Translations under genes and position numbers: made by a program | Assembly (NCBI GenBank): GCA_965215505.1 | Contig: OZ244065.1 | Coordinates: 1,216,001 to 1,280,000 of the forward strand | Direction: 5' to 3' | Source of the DNA: Capsulimonadaceae bacterium | GTDB lineage: Bacteria > Armatimonadota > Armatimonadia > Armatimonadales > Capsulimonadaceae | Length of the DNA stretch: 64,000 nucleotides | Shown here: positions 47,019-56,759 of the stretch, in pieces | How positions within the stretch are numbered: position 1 is the first letter of the stretch | Layout of the letters: each line of letters opens with the position of its first letter | The notes under the pieces: generated by a model | Told to the model about the DNA's origin: nothing | What the model saw: only the letters and a program-made list of their open reading frames with translations | The model's database searches: none

Positions 47019-50000
47019 CTATCCTTCCCGCGTCGCTTCCTCGGTGGCCTGTTCCAGCGAGAGCGCCTTGCCCGCCGACCAGGTCGCCGCGAAGGCCGCT
47101 TCGCCCAGCGCGGACCGCGCCGCTGCGAGGGCCGAGGCCTCGGCGGGCGACAGGGGCGCTTCGGTTCCCTGGAAAGCGTCCGCCGCGCCGAACACGCGGG
47201 CCACCCGCGCCCACTCCTCCCGCACGGCCGCGAGCCGCCCGAGGCAGCGCAGCGCCCACGGGGCGGAACGGCGCATGCCCATCTGCGCCACCAGCCGCAG
47301 ATGCTCCGCGAGCAGGGGATGGGCCTGTGCGTGTTCCTCCTCCCGCAAGGCCGCCTCCCCGGCGAGGGCGAGTGCGGCGGACAGGCCCCAGGGGTCCTTC
47401 AGCTCGCGGAACAATGCCACGCACTCTTCCAGCAGGGCGCGTGCCTGCGCGTAGTCTTCCTGGCCGATGCCGCAGCGCGCCAGACACCAGAGCGCGTGCC
47501 CCGTCTTCTGCGGATTGCCCAGCGCGCGGGAAAGGGAAAGGCTCTCGGCATAAAGCGCCTGCGCTTCTGCGAGGCGCTCCTGGCGCAGCGCCGCGTTCCC
47601 CAGCAGCATGGACGAATGGGCGATACCGCTCGGGTTCCCGATCTCACGGTGGATCACCAGACTCTCCGTGAGGGCGGCATGGGCCGCCGAGGGGTCGCCG
47701 TCGATGGAGATATCCCCCAGGTTGCACAGCAGGTTCGCCTCGGCCTTGCGGTCCCCCAGCTCCCGCGCGATGGCGAGGCCCTCCTCGAACAGGGGGCGGG
47801 CCGAGACGCTGTCCCCGTGGATGCTGAGGAGGCCGCCCGCGCGGCTCAACGCTTTGGCCCGCGCGGCTGTCCGCGCCTCCGCGCCGGGGCGGCCCAGCGC
47901 GGCGGCATAGCGCCGCTGCCCCTCCGCGAAGTAGCCGCGTATCCACCACAGGAAGAACAAGTCCGATGCCAGCCGCAGGCCCGGCTGCGCCCCGTCCGGC
48001 TCCTCCAGGCACCAATCCATGGCGGCCCGCAGGTTGCCGTTTTCTTCCTCCAGCCGGTCTAGCCAGGCGGGCTGCCCCGGCCCCTGCAACTCGGGCTTGG
48101 CCCGCTCCGCCAGGCGCAGGAACTCGTCCCGGTGCCGCCCGCGCACGGCCTGCTCCTCGCCGCACTCCTCCAGGCGCACGCGGGCATACTGGCGCACGGT
48201 TTCCAGGAGCCGGTAGCGCGTCGCTCCCCCCACACTGCCCATCTCCACGGACACCAGCGACTTCTCCGTCAGCGAGGTGAGCAGGTCCAGCACCTCATAC
48301 GGTTCGACGCTCCCCTCCCCGCTGCCCCCGGCGCAGACCGCTTCCGCCGCTTCCAGCCGCCACCCGCCCGTAAACACGCTCAAGCGGTGCAGCAGCGAGC
48401 GCTCGGCCTCGGACAGCAGGCCGTAACTCCAGTCGATTGCCGCGCGCAAAGTCTGGTGGCGCGGCGTCGCCGCCCGGTTACCAGCCACCAGCAGGCGGAA
48501 GCGGTCGCCCAGGCGCGCGCAGATCTCCTGCGGCGACAGCGACCGGACGCGGGCGGCGGCCAGTTCCAGGGCCAGCGGGATGCCGTCGAGGTGGTGACAG
48601 ATCTCCGCCACCGCCTGGGCGTTGCGCCGGGTCAGGCGGAAGGCCGGGCTGGTCTGGGCCGCCCGCTCCGTGAACAGGCGCACGGCCTCATACTCCAGCA
48701 GCGCCGACACGTTTTTCTCCGCGCGGGCCGGGTCCGCCTCCGGCCCGAACCGCTCCAGGGGCGGGAGGCGCAGGGAAGGGACGGCATAGATCTGCTCCCC
48801 CAGCACCCCCAGCGCCTGGCGACTCGTGGCCAGCACCCGCAGGCCGGGGCAGGCCGAGAGCAGATGGAACGCCAGCGCGGCGCAGGCGTCCAGGACGTGT
48901 TCGCAGTTGTCCAGCACCAGCAGCAGGGACGACGCCGTCAGGGCCTCAGCCAGCCGCTCCTCGGGGGACCGCCCCGCCTCGTCGCCGATCCCCAGCGTCT
49001 TCAAAACCGCTTCCGCCACGAGCGAGGGCGCGCTGACGGGTGCCAGATCCACGAACCAGACGCCGCCCGCGAACCGGGGCATCGCGGCTTCCGCCGACGC
49101 GACCGCCAGCCGCGTCTTGCCCGAGCCGCCCGCGCCCAGCAGGGTCACGAGCCGGCCGCGGAGCAGCCAGCCGGTCACCTCCTCGACCTCCTGCGTGCGC
49201 CCGATCAGGTCGGTGAGCGGGATGGGGAGGTGACGCCGGGTAGGGGCGGGGGGCGCGGGGGCGGGCGCGGCCGCCTGCGGCCTGGCCCCCTCCTCCGTCA
49301 GATGCCGGTACAAAGCCCTGGTCTCCGGGGAAGGCTCCGTGTTGAGGTCCTGGCGGAGCAGCCGGCGCAGGTCCTGGTAGACCTGGGTGACGGCGGCCCG
49401 GTCCCCGCCTTCCGCCAGGGCCGCCATCAGTGCGCCGCTGGCGCTCTCGCGGCGTGGGTCGGCAGAAACCAGCCGCCGGAGCCAGTGGACGGCGGTTTTG
49501 GGATCGCCCCGCTCGGTGGCTTTCTGCGCCAGCCCTTCCAGGGCGGCAAGAGACGCCTGCATGCGCTCCTCGCGCTCCGGCAGGACCCACTCGTCGGCGC
49601 AGTCCGGCAGGAGCGGCCCTTCATATAACTCGACCGCCTGCGCCAGCTCTTCCTCCGAGGGAGTGTGGGAGGGCGTCTTCCGCACGGCCCGGTCGAAGGC
49701 GGCAACATCGGCGAAGGCACCGGACAGGTCGAAGCGGAGGGTGCGGGGCGTGGGGGACAGCAGGCGGGCGGCCTCCGGCCCGAGCGCGTGACGCAGATTG
49801 GTCAGGCTGCGGCGCAGGTACAGGAGGGCGCGGTCGGTGTCGCTGTCGGGCCAGAAGGCGGCGGCGAGGGTGTCACGCGAGAGTTCGCGGTCGTGTTTGA
49901 GGACCAGCAGGGCCAGCAGCCACCACTCTTTCCGGTAGCGGGGCGGGGGCAGCGGACTGCCGTGGACACGGATATCACAGCCGCCGAGCAGCCGGATCTC

Positions 50001-50051
50001 CAGCGCGGGCGGCGGGGACTCGAGCGTCTCGGGTTCGGGCAACGCGGGCAT
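47019..50051 (-). CDS. AfsR-like regulator: wHTH-BTAD-NB-ARC ATPase-TPR
   Basis: IRLLG; DVAAF..LYEGPLL BTAD; GAGGSGKT; LLLVLDNCEH; LDGIPLALELAAAR; RHQTLRAAIDWSY. Confidence 0.93.
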   Translation of the reverse strand: MPALPEPETLESPPPALEIRLLGGCDIRVHGSPLPPPRYRKEWWLLALLVLKHDRELSRDTLAAAFWPDSDTDRALLYLRRSLTNLRHALGPEAARLLSPTPRTLRFDLSGAFADVAAFDRAVRKTPSHTPSEEELAQAVELYEGPLLPDCADEWVLPEREERMQASLAALEGLAQKATERGDPKTAVHWLRRLVSADPRRESASGALMAALAEGGDRAAVTQVYQDLRRLLRQDLNTEPSPETRALYRHLTEEGARPQAAAPAPAPPAPTRRHLPIPLTDLIGRTQEVEEVTGWLLRGRLVTLLGAGGSGKTRLAVASAEAAMPRFAGGVWFVDLAPVSAPSLVAEAVLKTLGIGDEAGRSPEERLAEALTASSLLLVLDNCEHVLDACAALAFHLLSACPGLRVLATSRQALGVLGEQIYAVPSLRLPPLERFGPEADPARAEKNVSALLEYEAVRLFTERAAQTSPAFRLTRRNAQAVAEICHHLDGIPLALELAAARVRSLSPQEICARLGDRFRLLVAGNRAATPRHQTLRAAIDWSYGLLSEAERSLLHRLSVFTGGWRLEAAEAVCAGGSGEGSVEPYEVLDLLTSLTEKSLVSVEMGSVGGATRYRLLETVRQYARVRLEECGEEQAVRGRHRDEFLRLAERAKPELQGPGQPAWLDRLEEENGNLRAAMDWCLEEPDGAQPGLRLASDLFFLWWIRGYFAEGQRRYAAALGRPGAEARTAARAKALSRAGGLLSIHGDSVSARPLFEEGLAIARELGDRKAEANLLCNLGDISIDGDPSAAHAALTESLVIHREIGNPSGIAHSSMLLGNAALRQERLAEAQALYAESLSLSRALGNPQKTGHALWCLARCGIGQEDYAQARALLEECVALFRELKDPWGLSAALALAGEAALREEEHAQAHPLLAEHLRLVAQMGMRRSAPWALRCLGRLAAVREEWARVARVFGAADAFQGTEAPLSPAEASALAAARSALGEAAFAATWSAGKALSLEQATEEATREG

Positions 50052-50146
50052 GGGAGGTCTTTCTAGGTCGCGCGGGCTGTCGAGGCTGGGGGGAGTCCGA
50101 CGCCCCGTAACTCAAATTTCGACGCTCACCAGTCAGATTCCTCTGT

Positions 50147-50184
50147 TTTGGTTACGCTTTGCGATACGCTTGGGGCGATATAAT
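50147..50184 (+). promoter_or_regulatory. Direct-repeat operator and -10, copy 1
   Basis: GGTTACGCTTTGCGATACGCT-8bp-TATAAT. Confidence 0.75.
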
Positions 50185-50232
50185 GGCCTCAGCAACGAAG
50201 CGGAGCCTAAAAAGGGCAGAGGAGACACGACC

Positions 50233-50448
50233 ATGCAGCAGGCACTTTACAACCAAGTCGGCATCAGCGGCCAAGCAGGCATCAGCGGCCAAGCAGGCAT
50301 CAGCGGCCAACCCGCGACGGGGACGGCCCGGCGCGGCGCGGCGCTGGTGCGGTGGGTCGCCCACCGGTGGGAGCTGGCGGGGGTGCTGGCGCTGATGGGG
50401 GCGAGCGCCGCTTATGGCGTGTTCGCGCTGACCCACCTGGGCCTGTAG
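50233..50448 (+). CDS. Small 71-aa membrane peptide with (GISGQA)x3
   Basis: GAGGAG RBS; 18-bp tandem repeat at 50260-50310; C-terminal TM. Confidence 0.75.
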   Translation: MQQALYNQVGISGQAGISGQAGISGQPATGTARRGAALVRWVAHRWELAGVLALMGASAAYGVFALTHLGL

Positions 50449-50529
50449 GCGGCATCCCCGCCCTCGGCGCAGCCATCAAAATTATGACCGCCCCGCGCGC
50501 GGGGTGCCCGCCCCGCGAGAATCCCGCGG

Positions 50530-50567
50530 TTTGGTTACGCTTTGCGTTACGCTCCAGGCGCTACAAT
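50530..50567 (+). promoter_or_regulatory. Direct-repeat operator and -10, copy 2
   Basis: GGTTACGCTTTGCGTTACGCT-8bp-TACAAT. Confidence 0.75.
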
Positions 50568-50763
50568 GGTCTCGACAATGAACTCAGACGCCAATCCGGG
50601 CCGGGCGCTCTCGGCAGGACGTTCCGACCGGACACCCGCCCGCGTGAATGGCGAACCCGTTTAGCTACTGTCAACTCGGTTCACTGTCCGCCCCCACGCT
50701 CGTGCGGCGGGCCTCGGCCCATCTTTAGCCGTGGGGCTTCTTTAGATTCTCGGAAGGTTCACC

Positions 50764-53325
50764 ATGTACTCCACTTTTTGTCCTCCGTCCCGGTCTTGTC
50801 CTCGGTCCCGGCGTTTCGCCGCGACCACCCTGTTTCTCTGGGTCCTGGCTTTTGTCGTTTGGGTCGGGGGGCTGTCGCCCGTCCGCGCTGCCGGGGCGGG
50901 GGCCTCTTCGCGTGCCGCCGGGTCGGCGTCGGCCCGGCACGGCCTCGGCACGGTCGCGGCCTGGGGCGACAACCGCTTCGGCCAGACGAGTGTGCCGGCG
51001 GGCCTGACCAACGTGGTCGCCGTCGCGGGGGGCTTCTATCACAGCCTGGCCTTGAAGAGTGACGGCACGGTCGTCGCCTGGGGCGACAACGGCGACGGCG
51101 AGGCGAGTGTGCCGGCAGGCCTTACGGGGGTGGTCGCCATCGCGGGGGGCGGCTCCCACAGCCTGGCGCTGCGAAGTAACGGCACCGTCGTCGCCTGGGG
51201 CGACAACTCTTACGGCCAGTTGAACATTCCAGCGGGCCTCTCCAACGTGGTCGCCATCGCGGCGGGCTTCTCCTACAGCCTGGCGCTCCAAAGCAACGGC
51301 ACTCTGGTGACGGGCTGGGGCGACAACTCTTACGGCCAGACAAATGTTCCGGCGGGTCTGTCCAATGCGGTCGCCGTCGCGGCGGGCTTCTATCACAGCC
51401 TGGCCTTGAAGAGTGACGGCACGGTCTCGGCCTGGGGCGACAACGTTTACGGCCAGGCGAGTGTCCCGGCAGGCCTTACGGGGGTGGTCGCCGTCGCCGG
51501 GGGCGGCTCCCACAGCCTGGCGCTGCGAAGTGACGGCACGGTCGTCGCCTGGGGCTACAACGGCGACGGCGAGACGAGTGTGCCGGCGGGCCTTAAGGGG
51601 GCGGTCGCCGTCGCGGCGGGCTTCTATCACAGCCTGGCCTTGAAGAGTGACGGCACGGTCGTCGCCTGGGGCTACAACGGCGACGGCGAGACGAGTGTGC
51701 CGGCAGGCCTTACGGGGGTGGTCGCCATCGCGGGGGGCGGCTCCCACAGCCTGGCGCTGCGAAGTAACGGCACGGTCGTGGCCTGGGGCTACAACGGTTC
51801 CGGCCAGACGAGTGTGCCGGCGGGCCTGGCCAACGTAGCCGCCATCGCGGCGGGTGGCTATCACAGCCTGGCGCTGGTACCCCCGCTGCTGGATGTGCTG
51901 ACGGCGCAGGGCGTAAACTTCACCGCCACCGCGAACACGGCCTTCACCGGACAGGTCGCCGCCTTCACCGACACCCGGACCGACACCCTGGCCGCCGCCT
52001 TCACCGCCTCCATCAGTTGGGGCGACGGCAGCACGGCCACGGCGGGCACCGTCACCGGCAGCAACGGCGCGTTCGGTGTCTCCGGCACCCACACCTACGC
52101 CGCGCCGGGGTCCTACACCGTCACGACCACGATCACCGGCCCCGGCGGCCCCGTCACCGCCGCCAGTACGGCCACGGTCATCGGAACCCCGACGGCCAAC
52201 CCGCAGTCGGTGAGCGTGCCCTTCAACACGGCCAAGCCAATCACGCTGACCGGCTCCGACCCCAACAGCCCGCCGCTGGCGCTCACCTACACCGTTACGG
52301 CTAATCCGACGCACGGGACGCTGTCGGGGACTGCCCCGAGCCTCACCTACACGCCCACGGCGGGCTACCACGGCACAGATAGCTTCACGTTCCGGGTCAA
52401 CAACGGCTTTAGCAGCAGCGCCCCGGCCACCGTCAGCCTCACCGTGGCGGCGGGAACCCCGACGGCCAACCCCCAGAGCCTCAGCGTCGCCTTCAACACC
52501 GCCAAGGCCCTCACGCTTTCGGGGTCGGACCCCGACGTGCCCGCCCTACCGCTCACCTACGCCGTCCTCACCGCCCCCGCACACGGCACGCTCTCCGGGG
52601 CCGCGCCGAACCTCACCTACACGCCGACAGCAGGCTACCAGGGTGCCGACAGCTTCACGTTCCGGGTCAGCAACGGAACCAACACCAGCAGCACGGCCAC
52701 CGTCAACATCACCGTCACGGCGGGCACCCCGACGGCCAGCGGCCAGAGCGTGAGTGTGGCCTTCAACACCGCCAAGGCCATCACCCTCACCGGCAGTGAC
52801 CCGGACGTGCCGGCTCTGCCCCTTGCCTACACAGTCGCCACCGGTCCCGCGCACGGAACGCTCACTGGGACCGCGCCCAGCCTCACCTACACGCCCGCCG
52901 CCGGCTACTACGGACCTGACAGCTTCACGTTCACGGTCAGCAACGGCACCAACGCCAGCAGCGCGGCCACCGTCAGCCTCACCATTGCCCAGGGCGCGGC
53001 CTCCGATGTGACCGCGCAGATCACCCTCACCCGCGGCGGCTTCCGCTATGTGCGCGCCACCGGCCACTACTTGCAGCCTGTCACGCTCGCCAACAACGGC
53101 GCGGCCCTGGCCGACCCGGTCTCCCTGGTCCTGGACGGCCTGGCCGGGGCCGCCCTGGTGGGCGCATCCGGCACCACCTCGGCTGCCGCGCCGTCCGGCA
53201 GCCCCTACGTCACGCTGCCCACGGGCGGCTTGGCGGCGGGGGCTTCCGTCACCGTCACGCTGGAGTTCACGGCCCAGCCTTCGGGCTACACCCTCCGCGT
53301 CCTGGCCGGGCCGGGCGCGCGCTGA
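50764..53325 (+). CDS. Secreted RCC1/BLIP-II repeat protein with PKD-like and three Ig-like domains
   Basis: 8 repeats of about 39 aa (GTVVAWG.N...HSLAL); ISWGDG; 3 x PxHGTLSG..P.LTYTP..G.DSFTF. Confidence 0.9.
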   Translation: MYSTFCPPSRSCPRSRRFAATTLFLWVLAFVVWVGGLSPVRAAGAGASSRAAGSASARHGLGTVAAWGDNRFGQTSVPAGLTNVVAVAGGFYHSLALKSDGTVVAWGDNGDGEASVPAGLTGVVAIAGGGSHSLALRSNGTVVAWGDNSYGQLNIPAGLSNVVAIAAGFSYSLALQSNGTLVTGWGDNSYGQTNVPAGLSNAVAVAAGFYHSLALKSDGTVSAWGDNVYGQASVPAGLTGVVAVAGGGSHSLALRSDGTVVAWGYNGDGETSVPAGLKGAVAVAAGFYHSLALKSDGTVVAWGYNGDGETSVPAGLTGVVAIAGGGSHSLALRSNGTVVAWGYNGSGQTSVPAGLANVAAIAAGGYHSLALVPPLLDVLTAQGVNFTATANTAFTGQVAAFTDTRTDTLAAAFTASISWGDGSTATAGTVTGSNGAFGVSGTHTYAAPGSYTVTTTITGPGGPVTAASTATVIGTPTANPQSVSVPFNTAKPITLTGSDPNSPPLALTYTVTANPTHGTLSGTAPSLTYTPTAGYHGTDSFTFRVNNGFSSSAPATVSLTVAAGTPTANPQSLSVAFNTAKALTLSGSDPDVPALPLTYAVLTAPAHGTLSGAAPNLTYTPTAGYQGADSFTFRVSNGTNTSSTATVNITVTAGTPTASGQSVSVAFNTAKAITLTGSDPDVPALPLAYTVATGPAHGTLTGTAPSLTYTPAAGYYGPDSFTFTVSNGTNASSAATVSLTIAQGAASDVTAQITLTRGGFRYVRATGHYLQPVTLANNGAALADPVSLVLDGLAGAALVGASGTTSAAAPSGSPYVTLPTGGLAAGASVTVTLEFTAQPSGYTLRVLAGPGAR

Positions 53326-53417
53326 GACAACCAAACTCGCTTCCCGGAGCCTCCCAATGGAGGCTCCGGGAAGTGACACGAACCACCGAAACAACGAACC
53401 ACCGAAAGGCAACGAAA

Positions 53418-54125
53418 ATGACGCTCCGCTCTTCAACGCTCGCCCTCGCCGCCTGCTTCGTGCCGGTTGCTTTCCTGCTGCTGGACACCGCCCCCGCCGG
53501 GGCCGCGCCACCCGCCGTCCAGCACGTCACCGTCACCACCACCGGCCTGACCGTAGGCAACACCTACTATACCGAGTTCACCCTCACCGACGGCTCCGGG
53601 GCGGGGGACGGCAACAGCACGGCCGCCGTCTCCAACCTCGTCTTCACCAACGGCACGGCGGGCGCGGTCCTGCCACCCACGTCCGGCAACGTCACCGGAA
53701 ATCCCGGCACGACCCTTACCCTCATGGATGGGCCTGCCGCCAGCGGCCCGCTCGCCGACTACGCCCAGGCCTTCACCGTCTTCGGCCCGACCAGCCAGTT
53801 CAGCTTCGACCTGCTCCTGAGCGCCACTTCAGTGGAGGCCGGGCCGACGCCCGATAACTTCACCTTCCAGATCCTCGGCAGCAACCAGGCCCCGCTGGCG
53901 ACAAACGGGCCGACCGGGGTGGAGTTCGTGACGGCGGACTACACGAGCACGGCGCCCACGGCGACCGGCTACCACGGCACCGGGGCACTGACGTCGGTGA
54001 GGGCGACGATCTCAGCCCCTTCCGCCGTGCCGGAGCTGCCCCCGGCGGTGACGGGGGCCATGTTCAGCCTGAGCGTGTGTGCGCTGGTCCTGCGCGCGCG
54101 CCGCCGTGCTCGCCTCGCCGGATAA
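53418..54125 (+). CDS. PEP-CTERM surface protein
   Basis: Signal peptide; VPELPP, TM and RARRRAR tail. Confidence 0.8.
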   Translation: MTLRSSTLALAACFVPVAFLLLDTAPAGAAPPAVQHVTVTTTGLTVGNTYYTEFTLTDGSGAGDGNSTAAVSNLVFTNGTAGAVLPPTSGNVTGNPGTTLTLMDGPAASGPLADYAQAFTVFGPTSQFSFDLLLSATSVEAGPTPDNFTFQILGSNQAPLATNGPTGVEFVTADYTSTAPTATGYHGTGALTSVRATISAPSAVPELPPAVTGAMFSLSVCALVLRARRRARLAG

Positions 54126-54150
54126 CGGGCGGCCGTGGCACTCACGGGGA

Positions 54151-54190
54151 CGGCCCGCCCCTCTTTCCGAGGGGCGGGCCGCCTTTTTGT
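54151..54190 (+). terminator. Intrinsic terminator
   Basis: CGGCCCGCCCCTC...GAGGGGCGGGCCG followed by T run. Confidence 0.8.
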
Positions 54191-54208
54191 CTTCACCGTC
54201 GTTCCGCT

Positions 54209-56131
54209 CTACTCCTCGGCACCTTCCTCCACATAGACCCGCTTCTGGGCCTCTTCAAACGTCGTGATGCCCTGCATGATCTTGGTCCCAGCGTCCTGGC
54301 GCATGGAGGCCATGCCGCGCGCCATCGCCACGCGGCGGATCTTGTTGGAGGGGGCGCGGGCCAAGGTCAGTGACCGGATGGCGTCGTCCATGACCATCAG
54401 CTCCTGGACGCTGTAGCGGCCCTTGTAGCCCAGGCTGCCGCAGGCCTCGCAGCCCGCGCCCGCCACGAAAGTCGCCTGGTGGAACTCGGGCGAGTCGGTG
54501 TCAATGCCGAAGGCGGCGATGTCCACGTCCGAGGGCGGGGCGGGCCGCGCGCAGTGCGGGCAGACCCGGCGCACCAGCCTCTGGGCGAGGACGCCGATCA
54601 CGGTGGAGGCGACCAGGAACGGGTCTATGCCCATGTTCAGGAGCCGAGTCACCGCCCCCGCCGCGTCGTTGCAGTGGAGGGTGGAGAAGACGAGGTGGCC
54701 GGTCAGGGCCGCCCGGAAGGCGATCTCGGCCGTTTCCTGGTCGCGGATCTCGCCGATGTAGATCACGTCCGGGTCTTGCCGTAGGATGGCCCTTAACTGC
54801 CGGGCGAAGGTCAGGCCGGCCTTCTCGTTGACGTTGGACTGCCGGATGCCGTCCAGCTCGTACTCGATGGGGTCCTCGACGGTGATGATGTTGACGTCGG
54901 GGGTGTGGATCTCCTGGATGGCGGAATACAGCGTCGTCGTCTTGCCCGACCCGGTGGGGCCGGTCGCCAGGACGATGCCGTGCGGCTTGCGGATCAGGCC
55001 GTTCAGGGCCTTCAGGTTGCGCTCCGAGAACCCAAGCTGGTCCAGGTGTGGGCGGACAGAGGACTTGTCCAGGATACGCAGGACCACCGACTCGCCGTAC
55101 TGGGTCGGCAGGGACGAGACGCGCAGGTCCACGCCGCGCCCGCCGGTCTGGACGGAGATGCGTCCGTCCTGGGGCAGCCGCCGCTCGGCGATGTTCATCT
55201 CGGCCATGATCTTGAGGCGCGACGAGCAGGCCGCCTGGAACTCGCGGCGGACGCTGTCAACCAGCCGCAAAGCCCCGTCCTGCCGGAAGCGGACGTCCAG
55301 CGAGTCGCGGCGCGGCTCGAAGTGGATGTCGCTGACACCCTGCGTGATGGCGTCGGAGAGGATGCGGTTGATGAACTGGATGACGACCGGCTGGTCCACG
55401 CCCATCGACTCCAGTTTGTCGGGCTGGCCCACCGCACCGGAGATGGGGGTGAAGCCGGCCGACAAGGCACCGCCGAACACCTCGGAGGCCCGCTTGTCAG
55501 GCAGGGCGGGCGGCGGGGCCGGCACGGGGACGGACGACGACTCGCTGATGATGGCGGGCACGGCGCTCCGGCCCGCCGGGCGCGTGACTATCTCTGGGCG
55601 CGTGACGACTTGGGGCGCGGCGGGGGGCGGTGCCGAAGGGGCCGACGGGCGCGGCTCCTCGGGCCGGGCGGCGGGTCCGTACCACTGCTCGATGACTTCG
55701 CGCAGCGGCTTCTCGGTGGCGATGGCCGGGGCGAGGCGCAGGCGGTGGGTCGTGGCGATCTTGTGGGCGGCGTCCATCACGCGGGCGTTCCAGGCGGCGA
55801 CGACGACCTTCAGGGTCCCGTCCGGGGTCTTGCCGACCGGCAGCAGGAGGTACTGGTGGGCGACGGCGGCCGGGACCAGGGGCAGGACGGCCTTGTCCAC
55901 GACCACGTCGTCCATGACCACATAGGCGGCGTCCACCTGCTGCGCTCGGGCGCGGGTGATGTCCTCCTCGCCGGCCAGTTCCATCTCCACCAGGACGTGG
56001 CCGAGTGGTTTCCCCGACTGCTCCTGCCGGGCGAGCGCCTGGGCGAGCTGCGCCTCGGTCAGCAGCCCCTGTGCCACCAGTAAATGCCCGATCTCTTTCC
56101 GTTTCCCGCCCGTCGGAAGGACCACCGTCAT
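54209..56131 (-). CDS. GspE/PilB family assembly ATPase with MshEN-like N-terminus
   Basis: IGHLLVAQGLL...LG; SDIHFEP; RRLPQDG; GPTGSGKTT; LRQDPD; CPHC/CEAC. Confidence 0.93.
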   Translation of the reverse strand: MTVVLPTGGKRKEIGHLLVAQGLLTEAQLAQALARQEQSGKPLGHVLVEMELAGEEDITRARAQQVDAAYVVMDDVVVDKAVLPLVPAAVAHQYLLLPVGKTPDGTLKVVVAAWNARVMDAAHKIATTHRLRLAPAIATEKPLREVIEQWYGPAARPEEPRPSAPSAPPPAAPQVVTRPEIVTRPAGRSAVPAIISESSSVPVPAPPPALPDKRASEVFGGALSAGFTPISGAVGQPDKLESMGVDQPVVIQFINRILSDAITQGVSDIHFEPRRDSLDVRFRQDGALRLVDSVRREFQAACSSRLKIMAEMNIAERRLPQDGRISVQTGGRGVDLRVSSLPTQYGESVVLRILDKSSVRPHLDQLGFSERNLKALNGLIRKPHGIVLATGPTGSGKTTTLYSAIQEIHTPDVNIITVEDPIEYELDGIRQSNVNEKAGLTFARQLRAILRQDPDVIYIGEIRDQETAEIAFRAALTGHLVFSTLHCNDAAGAVTRLLNMGIDPFLVASTVIGVLAQRLVRRVCPHCARPAPPSDVDIAAFGIDTDSPEFHQATFVAGAGCEACGSLGYKGRYSVQELMVMDDAIRSLTLARAPSNKIRRVAMARGMASMRQDAGTKIMQGITTFEEAQKRVYVEEGAEE

Positions 56132-56238
56132 GGTTGTTCGTTCTCCTGCCAAAGTTGCTGTAATCGCCGTTGTTCTCCCCGTGTTATCGGCAGGCCCGCC
56201 CCGTTCCGTTAGCCCGACCGCGACCCGTAGGGTACAAA

Positions 56239-56270
56239 GAAGAGGCCCCGGCATCTGCCGGGGCCTCTTT
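56239..56270. terminator. Hairpin/terminator
   Basis: AAGAGGCCCCGGCA-TC-TGCCGGGGCCTCTT. Confidence 0.7.
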
Positions 56271-56291
56271 CAAGTGCCTGCTATCGTCCAC

Positions 56292-56678
56292 CTATCGTCC
56301 GCGTCGGGGGCGGTCTTCGTCGTCGTCCTCATCGTCGTCGTCTTCGAATCGCTCGTCGTCCATGTCATCAAGCGCGCCGGACGAGTCGGTGTAGTTAGAG
56401 ATCTCCTCGCCCCGGAAGACCGTCACCAGGAAGTCTTCGCGCTCGAAAGAGGGGAGGTAGGAGGAAACGATGTCATCATCAATCTGCGCCAGAAGCTCCT
56501 CCTCCACCGAAACGGGAAGGTCGGCTTCGAGGACGAGCGTCGCATGGACGGTGCGGCTCTCGATGGCGAAATGCAGGTCGAGCTGGCCGATGCGCCGATC
56601 TTCCTCCCAAATCAGGAAAATCTCGGAGCTTTGGGTGCGGACGAGGCGGGAAAGGCGATAGTGGTAGGTGTTGTCCAT
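56292..56678 (-). CDS. Hypothetical acidic protein
   Basis: Plausible globular ORF with Asp/Glu-rich tail downstream of ftsH. Confidence 0.7.
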   Translation of the reverse strand: MDNTYHYRLSRLVRTQSSEIFLIWEEDRRIGQLDLHFAIESRTVHATLVLEADLPVSVEEELLAQIDDDIVSSYLPSFEREDFLVTVFRGEEISNYTDSSGALDDMDDERFEDDDDEDDDEDRPRRGR

Positions 56679-56759
56679 GAATGGTTCGGATCGGCGGCGG
56701 GGCCGGGCGGCAAGAAAAAGGGCGGGGACAAGCCCCGCCCGAGACGATGCGAGTGACTC

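Noticed and set aside
50947-51879. Regular repeats suggesting CRISPR or a DGR
   Set aside because: In-frame protein repeats with no unique spacers; no cas or reverse transcriptase gene in the window
53340-53373. Strong hairpin as a terminator
   Set aside because: No T tract and lies between co-oriented genes; more likely an mRNA stability or processing stem
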